Source of the DNA: Candidatus Thorarchaeota archaeon
GTDB lineage: Archaea; Asgardarchaeota; Thorarchaeia; Thorarchaeales; Thorarchaeaceae
Direction: 5' to 3'
Length of the DNA stretch: 57,987 nucleotides
Assembly (NCBI GenBank): GCA_046758445.1
Contig: JBHIAE010000017.1
Location: forward strand, 1 to 57,987
Below, piece by piece: positions 50,078-57,987 of the stretch; positions within the stretch are counted from its first letter, which is position 1, and every line of letters starts with the position of its first letter. The translations under genes and the position numbers were made by a program. The notes below the pieces were generated by a model. The model saw only the letters and a list, made by a program, of their open reading frames with translations. It did not search any database and had not been told where the DNA came from.

Positions 50078-50712
50078 GGGTAGTCATCAAGGTTGGAGGG
50101 AGTCTGGCAACACAGCCCGAACATCTGAAGGCATTGATGCAGACAATCTCAATTCTTAGCCAAGACAACATGATTGTTGTCGTCCCTGGAGGGGGTCCAT
50201 TCGCTGGTCAAGTCCGCGAGTCACAGAAGAAGACAGGGGTTTCTGATTCTACCGCCCATTGGATGGCAATCAAGGCTATGGAGCAGTTTGGGATGCTTCT
50301 ATTCCAACATGCTCCTGACTTGGAAACGTTCGATGGAAGTGATATAACTGCAAGGATGTCTGAGGGCCGGAGTTTTATTCTGCAACCTTATAGCCTGCTC
50401 AAATCGAAGGACGAGCTACCGCACAGTTGGAGTGTGACAAGCGACTCCATAGCTGTTTGGGTGGCCATTCAGGTAGAAGCAGATTCTATACTCCTTATGA
50501 AGAGCACCGACCAACTGGCGAGAGGCGATTCCAACAAGACGGAATCCACTCCAGCCACGATAGAAGCAGATGACCTGGACTATCTAGAGAAGATAGGAGT
50601 TGTCGATGAATACCTACGTGAACTATACTCCCATTTCAAAGGACAACTTTACCTCATTGACGGACGCGAGCCGCAAATCCTAAGAATCCTGTTTGAGAAG
50701 CGAGCTAAGTGA
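50074..50712 (+). CDS. mfnE: 5-(aminomethyl)-3-furanmethanol phosphate kinase (amino-acid kinase fold)
   Basis: VIKVGGSL, PGGGPFA, AHWMAI.AMEQ.G, LPHSWSVTSDSIA; TTGA overlap with mfnF stop. Confidence 0.88.
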   Translation: MRVVIKVGGSLATQPEHLKALMQTISILSQDNMIVVVPGGGPFAGQVRESQKKTGVSDSTAHWMAIKAMEQFGMLLFQHAPDLETFDGSDITARMSEGRSFILQPYSLLKSKDELPHSWSVTSDSIAVWVAIQVEADSILLMKSTDQLARGDSNKTESTPATIEADDLDYLEKIGVVDEYLRELYSHFKGQLYLIDGREPQILRILFEKRAK

Positions 50713-50714
50713 AT

Positions 50715-51437
50715 CTAGACTCTTCCAGCTTCTTTGAGCGTCCTCTTCAGTCTAGTAACTAGCTCAGAGTCAACCCTGCCGCTATCCCGGTTACCTCCAG
50801 AGAGAGCAGCAGTTCTAACGCCTACGATGTCCGGCCCAAGCAACGTGGCTTTCTTGAAGGACTCGCCTGACAAGGAACCGGCAAGCGCAACCTGAAAGTT
50901 CTGTTCTCTTGAAACCTCCACGAACTTGGCAACTCCCTCAATTGACATGAAGTCGAAGAGGTTCATGCCGTCTTTTATCGCTGTGTCAACCATGACGACA
51001 CCCACATTGATGCCCTCTGCAATTCTCGGGAGGTCCAATGGGTTGATTGTGCCTGCCCGGGCATGGTCGGCATAAAGGGCCGCGACTGCGATGCTATCAC
51101 GGTTGAATTCTTCCAGAGCATGAACAACAGATTCCAGAAGTTTCCTTGCATCGTCATGACTTCGTGTGCCATAGAGCCCCACCTTAACGAAGTCAGCACC
51201 TGCCATCGACGCACCAAGAGCAGCTTGGGCGATTGTCCCTGGCAGATTAGGTACATCTCCAATTGCTGCACTGACCGGTATGCTGTCCCCGACGGCTTCC
51301 TTTACTAGTCGGATGAGTCCTGGAGAAGCCGCTCCCAGAGAGCCCGCAGATGGGTCTTTTACGTCTATGATGTCCGCTCCTCCTTTTACAGCCTCAATAG
51401 CATCCTTCTCATCGGTTGGACTGACTAGAAGCTTCAT
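50715..51437 (-). CDS. mfnB: (5-formylfuran-3-yl)methyl phosphate synthase (DUF556)
   Basis: MKLLVSP..EA..GGADIIDVKDP..GSLGA, VSAAIGD, KVGL, MVDTAIKDG, ALAGSL, DIVGVR. Confidence 0.93.
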   Translation of the reverse strand: MKLLVSPTDEKDAIEAVKGGADIIDVKDPSAGSLGAASPGLIRLVKEAVGDSIPVSAAIGDVPNLPGTIAQAALGASMAGADFVKVGLYGTRSHDDARKLLESVVHALEEFNRDSIAVAALYADHARAGTINPLDLPRIAEGINVGVVMVDTAIKDGMNLFDFMSIEGVAKFVEVSREQNFQVALAGSLSGESFKKATLLGPDIVGVRTAALSGGNRDSGRVDSELVTRLKRTLKEAGRV

Positions 51438-51537
51438 TGCATCCGGCTCACATCAGGTGTCCAGTTGTACCCTTAATGACTGCTCCGATTAGACGTCACA
51501 CATGGAATTGAATCATGGTGCCTTGGTTTCTCATCTT

Positions 51538-53511
51538 CTAGATCAGGTCAGATATCCAATCGACAATTTGGAGCGCAAGGACATCGTTGTGGCTGGAACT
51601 GTATAGTCCGTTGATTCCCCAGTTGTCAATGAAGAAGTTAGTACCTGTCACTACCAATCTTCCTCCACCCGCCCCTTGTTGGCCGCTCAGGACAGTGAAT
51701 CCCATATAACGTCCGAGCGCAACTGACCCCGCAGGTGTCGTGGAAAGACGAGCACCTAAGAAGTCAAAGCTTCCCACGTTGCTTGTTATGGTGTGTGGTG
51801 TGACTTGTGTCACTTCAACGGGATCAATGTTATCCGAAATCTCATCAAAGTCAAATGAGTAACCTGACCAGTCAATGAAGTTGTTGAGCCGAGCTACGTT
51901 TAGACTCTCGTTCGAGAGTGCTGCAACGAATACTCCGCCGCCTGCACCATAGTAGTCCTGGTATGCCTGCTTTGCTGTGGATCCGAAAGGCAGAGAGAAC
52001 ACCTCAGAATTGGCTGGATCTGTTTCATTGATATCCCATGCAAACGGATCTAGCAAGACCACAGCATCAAACTGTTGAAGGTATGAGAGTGATATGTCTG
52101 ATTCGTTTCGAATCTCGGTCACAGAGATGTCGTTTTTTGTCAAGACTTTGTAGAAGTCTCTGAATTGACCATAGGTCGTGTCTATCGACCACGTAGTGTA
52201 GCTAATGTCGAATGCAACCCTAGCTACTGCAGCACTCATGTCGAAGTCCACGCTAAGAGTCGCGATGCCGAAGTCCGTAGAAGTGAAGCTGATATGATTC
52301 TCGTATCGTGTCGGACCTGTGCTCGGAATGTGAATTGTGAGCGGCACCTGCCCGGACTGGTTGATTGTGGCAACAGACGGGAGCTCAAACATCGATGGCT
52401 CGTCACTATCTATAGCAATGTCAAATGTTGCTAATCCAGATGTGAAGATCTGGATGGTGAAGTTGTATGTGTCTCCGTAGAAGAGTTTCTCGTAGTCGAT
52501 AGGAAGGACTCTGGGGTGAACATAAGTGATTGCTGGAAGCGACCCATTGACCGAAGCTGAGGATATGACCTGTTTGGAGTTCTGGAGGTTCACTTCACCT
52601 GCTCCAACCACATACTCTGGATGAGGCAATCCATTGGCTCCCTTGAGAAGAGCTGCGATGATTGACCCCGCTGTGTATGCAATGCCGTTCGCAATGCAGA
52701 ATGAGATTAGCTCTGCAGCTGCGGCGGTGACTCGAGGTGCGGCGAAGCTGGTTCCGCTATACCTAGTGTTTCCAACATCATAGTGACCTCGGGCAGAGAG
52801 ATCTGGCTTCATGTACCTAAAGGCGGTCGGTCCAGGACTAGTGTAGGATGCTGGACTGCCGAACTCGTTCAGAGCTCCTACAGCGATGCACTCCTCTATT
52901 GATGCTGGTGAGTTTACTTGGTTTCCTGCTATCAGATCTTCCCCTTCATTACCAGCTGCAGCTACCACGACTACGCCCTGTGCAAAGGCCCATGCAATGG
53001 CTTCTTTCAATGGATCTCCAAAGGTCGGGAGCGACCCGAGGCTAATGTTGATCACACTGCTGTTTAGTTCCACTGCCCAGTGAATCGCAGCAACAAGCCC
53101 CCTTGCTGTTGCCGCACCGCTGGGGCCGAGTATTTTGGCGTTCAATATCACCGCGTTTGGGCTGAGAGCTGCTATCTCCTTCGCAATGATGGTTCCATGA
53201 GGCACGTTGTCCGGAGTCGAGTCAGTCACAGAAGGGTCCGGCGTCTGATAACCATAGTCTGTTGAAACAAAGCTCGTCTGATTCGTTACCCTGTCTGCTA
53301 GCGAGAAGTCAAGATCGATTCCCGAGTCTATAATCGCAACATTAACTGGTGCTATTGACCCACCACGTGGCAGAATCAGAATAAACCCGCCGGAAACGAT
53401 GATCATGAAGATAACAACGATGGCAATCAGCTTAAGGTTGTTCGATGAAGACCTCTTGGGTTCGTACGGGTATGGGTATGGTTCAAGATATCGAAGCATA
53501 GCGTGCACCAA
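51538..53511 (-). CDS. Membrane-anchored S8 subtilase with Ig-like and C-terminal GATase1/DUF4350-like domains
   Basis: N-terminal TM; triad AIIDSG, PHGT, GTSFAAP; oxyanion AAAGN; C-terminal RVAFDISY..GGGRLVVTG. Confidence 0.88.
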   Translation of the reverse strand: MVHAMLRYLEPYPYPYEPKRSSSNNLKLIAIVVIFMIIVSGGFILILPRGGSIAPVNVAIIDSGIDLDFSLADRVTNQTSFVSTDYGYQTPDPSVTDSTPDNVPHGTIIAKEIAALSPNAVILNAKILGPSGAATARGLVAAIHWAVELNSSVINISLGSLPTFGDPLKEAIAWAFAQGVVVVAAAGNEGEDLIAGNQVNSPASIEECIAVGALNEFGSPASYTSPGPTAFRYMKPDLSARGHYDVGNTRYSGTSFAAPRVTAAAAELISFCIANGIAYTAGSIIAALLKGANGLPHPEYVVGAGEVNLQNSKQVISSASVNGSLPAITYVHPRVLPIDYEKLFYGDTYNFTIQIFTSGLATFDIAIDSDEPSMFELPSVATINQSGQVPLTIHIPSTGPTRYENHISFTSTDFGIATLSVDFDMSAAVARVAFDISYTTWSIDTTYGQFRDFYKVLTKNDISVTEIRNESDISLSYLQQFDAVVLLDPFAWDINETDPANSEVFSLPFGSTAKQAYQDYYGAGGGVFVAALSNESLNVARLNNFIDWSGYSFDFDEISDNIDPVEVTQVTPHTITSNVGSFDFLGARLSTTPAGSVALGRYMGFTVLSGQQGAGGGRLVVTGTNFFIDNWGINGLYSSSHNDVLALQIVDWISDLI

Positions 53512-53728
53512 AAGACATGATTCCGCTTATCCCTCGCAACGAATCTTTCTACAGATGAACCTATCGAAGCTCACCATTTCAAGACGAGAATGACAACTAT
53601 TCGAGAGCTTTCAGGCTTCTCAGATTCCTGCAACTCCATAACATGCACGTGACAATCCGACTGTTGATTACAAGTTCATTTATCTGTAGTATGTCCATGG
53701 TGACGTGCAGCAATTGCGAGGGACTTTG

Positions 53729-56674
53729 ATGACTGCGGATACTGCCACCGAACCCATAGCCCCCTCAGGTCCTTTGTATCATTCACTACCTCTTCAGGAG
53801 GTACTGAAGGAGCTAGAGGTGGATCCCGACAAAGGTCTCTCGAAAGCTGACGTGAGGAGAAGAACCGAACAGTACGGTCCAAACGCAATTCCAAGGGTTC
53901 GAGGATCATTCTGGAAGGTATACCTTGCCCCAATTCTGAACTGGCTGATTAACATCTACCTGATTAGCTCTATTGCACTGATTGTGCTGGCGTACGCATT
54001 TCCCTCTACAGAGAATCAGCTCGCGCAAGCCACCGTTTGGCTGGGTATCGTCGCCATCAACTGTCTTGTTGCAATCTTCCAGCAATATCGTGCTCAGAAG
54101 AAACTGGAGGCACTTGAACAACTCTCAACCGGCGAGGCTCGTGTACTTCGTAACGGATCGGAGATCAACGTCACCCCGACTGAGATTGTGCCTGGTGATG
54201 TCTTCATATTGGAATCGGGTGACAGGATTCCAGCTGACGGTCGGATCCTTGTCGAATACAACCTCACAACAAACGAAGCCTCACTTACGGGTGAGAGCGT
54301 TCCTGTCGAGAAAGACGAAACCATGACGGCAGAGGCTGATGCCCCACTCACAGATATGAGAAATATGGTGTTCTTCGGAACCTTTGTGTCTACAGGGTCG
54401 GCAAAGGTCGTAACCACTACAACAGGCGGCGCAACCGAGATTGGAAAGATACAGGGCTCCCTTGGTGAGCTTAACACCGGAGACATTCCCCTCCGAAAGA
54501 AGGTGAATCTTCTTGCAAAGTACCTCGGTATTGCAGCCATCGTCTTGATGACAGTATCTGTTGCATGGCAGCTTCTCATCTCTCCTCTGCTGAATAGCCT
54601 GCCAATCGATCTCTCTCTCACAATGATTGCTGACAGGATGACTGCGGGAATCACTCGGGCCATGACCATCATGCCGATCAATATACCCCTCTTGACAACC
54701 ATTGTCCTTCTTACTGGTGTCCTGGCGATGGCAAAGAAGGGCGTTATCATCAGAGACCTCTCAGCCGTTGAGAGTCTTGGCCGTGTGAGTGTCATCTGCT
54801 CCGATAAGACCGGAACTATGACTAGGAACCAAATGATGGTCAAGTTCTGCTGGGACACTGAGAATCTGTATACAATCACAGGTGATGGTTACAACCCTGA
54901 AGGTGACATCTACAAGTTGAGGGATGCATCTGCCTCGGAGAGTATCAATTCCGCCGAGCAGTCTCTGGTGACAGATGTGACCAACTGGCCCAACCTGCTC
55001 AATCTGATCACTTGCGGCGGAATCAATAATGATGCTGAGATTGCGATGAAGGAGATTCCCGATCAAGGAATAGTCTGGGAACCTCTCGGAGACCCCACCG
55101 ATGCGGCACTGCTGACCTTCTTCAGAAAGAGTGGTGTCGACGAAGAAGTTGTCCGGCAGAGGTACCAAGTTGTCGAGGAGTTCCCCTTCGAGTCAGAACT
55201 GAAGCGGATGGCCAAGATATGCCACGACGGCGACAAGTACGTTTCGTTCGTCAAGGGTGCCACCGAAGTGCTACTTCCACGATGCAAGATTATTGGCAAC
55301 GGACGGAAGGCAGCCTCATTTGCGCCTGCATCAAGGAAGACCGTGCAGACGCTGGTTGACGGGTACGCAGCACGGGGTTACCGTGTAATCTCTTTGGCCA
55401 GAAAAGAGATGAAGACCCTGCCTACGGTGAAGGACGCACGCGACATTGCTGAACAGGACCTCACCTATCTTGGATTCGCTTGTATCGTGGACCCGCCACG
55501 TGATGGTGTCAAGGAGGCAGTGAACGATTGTCATAGTGCAGGGATAAATGTCGTAATGATTACTGGTGACTCGGCAGCCACAGCCAAGACAATCGCTCAA
55601 GACTTGGGAATCTACCGCACCGAATCCCTTGCTGTTGAAGGGAAGGATGTCTACGACGTCAAGGAGAAAGACTTCCCCCGGGTGAACGTGTTCGCCCGAG
55701 TCAATCCAGACCATAAGCAGTCAATCGTTGAGAGATATCAAGACCAACAGAAAGTCGTGGCGATGACAGGTGACGGAGTGAATGATGCTCTTGCCCTTGC
55801 AATGAGTGATGCAGGTATCGCCATGGGAATAACTGGCACGGACGTTGCCAAAGAAGCCGCTGACCTTGTGATTACAGACGATAGCTTTGCATCAATTGTC
55901 ACTGGCGTCCATGAGGGCCGAGGACTTTTCCAGAAGATTAGGATGATGGTCTATTTCTATGTGGCAATCAACCTGTTTGAGAGCATCCTCTTCTTCGGAG
56001 CGCTTTTCATCTTGCCTGCGACAATCACAATGCTGGCAACATGGCAGAGCCTCTACCTTGTAGTCACTACTCACTCGTTCCCGGGCTTGGCTCTAGTGTT
56101 CGACAAGACCTCGCCGAGAGCGATGGAGGAGAAGCCTAGAGATAGTGAGGAGATAATAACCAGACCCCTCGGGAGGTTCATGGCTCTGAATGTCTTCTTG
56201 ATGGCAATAGGAGCCGCAGCCGTCTACGCTCTCACGCTCACCGGTTGGTTCAACATCATTCCGCTGTTTCCAGAGAACATCGCTGGCTTCTACGCTGGAT
56301 ACGTTGACCCTATTGCTGGGCCTTTTGAGATTACGGCAGTCACTAAGGCCGCGGTAATGTTGCTGACAGTCATCCTTCTCGTCGAGAGCACAGTTGTCTT
56401 CATCATCAGAAGAATCAACATGCCGGTGACTAAGGGCATCAGAGAGCCCGGTCTTATCCGCTACGTGTTTTTCATCGGCCTCATCTACCTAGCACACTTC
56501 CTCTTGATGTACGTGCCATTGGCCCAGGAGATCCTCGCTCCCTATCGTCTGCACTTCTTCTTCGTACCACTAACATGGTATGACTGGCTCGTCTGCATCT
56601 TTGCAGCACTTCCTGCAATCCTTGGGATGGAGCTATACAAGAAGCGACTCAGGGGTAAAGGCGTGACTCTTTAG
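53729..56674 (+). CDS. P-type ATPase, P2A-like scaffold with atypical ion-binding residues
   Basis: LTGES, CSDKTGTMT, KGATE, DPPR, MITGD, TGDGVND; about 10 TMs; M4 reads MPINIP. Confidence 0.92.
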   Translation: MTADTATEPIAPSGPLYHSLPLQEVLKELEVDPDKGLSKADVRRRTEQYGPNAIPRVRGSFWKVYLAPILNWLINIYLISSIALIVLAYAFPSTENQLAQATVWLGIVAINCLVAIFQQYRAQKKLEALEQLSTGEARVLRNGSEINVTPTEIVPGDVFILESGDRIPADGRILVEYNLTTNEASLTGESVPVEKDETMTAEADAPLTDMRNMVFFGTFVSTGSAKVVTTTTGGATEIGKIQGSLGELNTGDIPLRKKVNLLAKYLGIAAIVLMTVSVAWQLLISPLLNSLPIDLSLTMIADRMTAGITRAMTIMPINIPLLTTIVLLTGVLAMAKKGVIIRDLSAVESLGRVSVICSDKTGTMTRNQMMVKFCWDTENLYTITGDGYNPEGDIYKLRDASASESINSAEQSLVTDVTNWPNLLNLITCGGINNDAEIAMKEIPDQGIVWEPLGDPTDAALLTFFRKSGVDEEVVRQRYQVVEEFPFESELKRMAKICHDGDKYVSFVKGATEVLLPRCKIIGNGRKAASFAPASRKTVQTLVDGYAARGYRVISLARKEMKTLPTVKDARDIAEQDLTYLGFACIVDPPRDGVKEAVNDCHSAGINVVMITGDSAATAKTIAQDLGIYRTESLAVEGKDVYDVKEKDFPRVNVFARVNPDHKQSIVERYQDQQKVVAMTGDGVNDALALAMSDAGIAMGITGTDVAKEAADLVITDDSFASIVTGVHEGRGLFQKIRMMVYFYVAINLFESILFFGALFILPATITMLATWQSLYLVVTTHSFPGLALVFDKTSPRAMEEKPRDSEEIITRPLGRFMALNVFLMAIGAAAVYALTLTGWFNIIPLFPENIAGFYAGYVDPIAGPFEITAVTKAAVMLLTVILLVESTVVFIIRRINMPVTKGIREPGLIRYVFFIGLIYLAHFLLMYVPLAQEILAPYRLHFFFVPLTWYDWLVCIFAALPAILGMELYKKRLRGKGVTL

Positions 56675-56780
56675 GGTAGAACACAAGCGGAGACGCATAT
56701 ATACAATATGCATTTCTCTTTCTTGTATATAGAATATGTTTTTCACGCGCGAGTTTCACTCGCGAGGTCGGAGATCTGCA

Positions 56781-57629
56781 TTGGCAAGAAAGACCACTCA
56801 TAGGATTCGTCAGATGAAGAAGAAAGGCAAGAAGATAGTGATGCTCACTGCGTATGATGCACCCAGTGCTGAGATTCTCAGCGAGTGCGGCGTGGACATC
56901 ATTCTTGTTGGAGACTCAGTAGGCAATTCGCTCCTCGGATATGAGAGTACTGTGCCTGTGACACTGGACGATGTAATTCACCATTGCGCAGCAGTATCAA
57001 GAGCCCGACCTAAGAGCCTGATTATCGGAGACATGCCATTCATGTCCTACAAGGTGAGCATTGAACAGGCTCTCCAGAACTGTGCACTTATGCTGCAGAA
57101 AGGTGGAGCTGAGGCCGTTAAGCTCGAGGGTGGGAAAAGAGAGGTCGAGATAGTGAAGGCCGTTGTGGACTCCGGTATTCCGGTGATGGGCCATATCGGA
57201 CTGACCCCCCAGTCAATCTATGAGTTTGGCGGCTATCGAATACAGGGGAGAACAGCGAAGGACGCAAAGCATCTCGTGGAGCAGGCGCTCCGCCTACAGG
57301 AGGCTGGGGTCTTCTCAATGGTCATTGAGCTGGTGCCATCTGTTACTGCCAAGAAGATAACTGAATCTGTGGACATCCCGACTATCGGGATTGGTGCAGG
57401 ACCTCATTGCGACGGCCAAGTACTGGTCCTTCACGACATGCTTGGGCTATTCCAGGACTTCAAGCCAACATTCGTGAAGAGATACGCAAACTTACGAGAA
57501 CTAATGGTAAATGCCGTCAATGAATACTCGAGGGAAGTACGAGATGGTGTCTTCCCTGACTCAGATCACAGCTTTGAGATGGACGAGGTTGAAACTGGTA
57601 GACTCTACGGGCGGACAAAGCCCATCTAG
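56781..57629 (+). CDS. panB: 3-methyl-2-oxobutanoate hydroxymethyltransferase
   Basis: MLTAYD, LVGDS, DMPFMSY, VKLEGG, GHIGLTPQS, IGIGAG..CDGQVLV. Confidence 0.97.
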   Translation: MARKTTHRIRQMKKKGKKIVMLTAYDAPSAEILSECGVDIILVGDSVGNSLLGYESTVPVTLDDVIHHCAAVSRARPKSLIIGDMPFMSYKVSIEQALQNCALMLQKGGAEAVKLEGGKREVEIVKAVVDSGIPVMGHIGLTPQSIYEFGGYRIQGRTAKDAKHLVEQALRLQEAGVFSMVIELVPSVTAKKITESVDIPTIGIGAGPHCDGQVLVLHDMLGLFQDFKPTFVKRYANLRELMVNAVNEYSREVRDGVFPDSDHSFEMDEVETGRLYGRTKPI

Positions 57630-57648
57630 AGGCTATTGGTCCCTGATA

Positions 57649-57873
57649 CTACTCTGCCTCATTGATGGCCTCATTTAGCGCTTCGACTAGCTTGTCCGGG
57701 TCAATCCCGTGGGCCATGGCACCCTGCTCGATGTTCTCATAACGCGCGACTGCACACCCATAGCAATGAAGTCCCCACTCCATGAAGGTACCTGCAGTTT
57801 CAGGCCATTTCCCGACCACTTCACCAATCGTCATTTCCTTGGTAATTGTTTCTGCCATTGTCTTTATCACCAC
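57649..57873 (-). CDS. DUF1858 / hybrid-cluster-associated redox disulfide domain protein
   Basis: ITKEMTIGEVV..PET..F..GLHCYGC..ENIEQGAMAHGID..LVEALN. Confidence 0.9.
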   Translation of the reverse strand: MVIKTMAETITKEMTIGEVVGKWPETAGTFMEWGLHCYGCAVARYENIEQGAMAHGIDPDKLVEALNEAINEAE

Positions 57874-57987
57874 ATCGTGGTTAACTATGGTGAACTATTA
57901 ATGAGCACGAATTCTGCACTTTTATACTTTAGCATCCACCAACGTGCCACATGATTCATTTGCAGCTCTCAAGGGAGTCACCTAAGT

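Noticed and set aside
56748-56764. CGCGAGT-TTC-ACTCGCG hairpin in the panB leader
   Set aside because: A single 7-bp stem is too weak to call a regulatory RNA.
1-57987. CRISPR arrays, transposases, integrases, rRNA or tRNA
   Set aside because: None recognised by eye on either strand.

Overview
Gene-dense archaeal chromosomal window (~55 CDS). I found no rRNA, tRNA, CRISPR array or transposase. Gene content points to an Asgard archaeon, probably Thorarchaeia (inferred, not proven): split methylmalonyl-CoA mutase with MeaB, methanofuran mfnB/D/E/F, DUF35 and thiolase, a PIP-box protein and a longin-fused Arf-like GTPase. Most genes serve amino-acid and acyl-CoA catabolism or cofactor synthesis. 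Main candidates for undescribed systems: (1) an operon at 32.7-35.6 kb pairing a uDENN/longin plus winged-helix protein, carrying an Arg at the FLCN/SMCR8/NPRL2 arginine-finger position, with a longin-Arf-like GTPase fusion; (2) a P2A-scaffold P-type ATPase whose M4 PEGL is replaced by flippase-like PINI; (3) all parts of a soluble transcarboxylase/Wood-Werkman-type route, with a delta/epsilon-like docking tail fused to the 5S-type subunit; (4) a divergent SRAP and DUF72 pair, the latter ending in a PIP box; (5) a site-1-protease-like subtilase. Also seen, and missed or split by the ORF track: a 46-aa Zn-finger microprotein, an acr3 pseudogene fragment, and frameshifts in a 7-PAS histidine kinase and in kce. 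All family calls come from motif recognition by eye; no searches were run.
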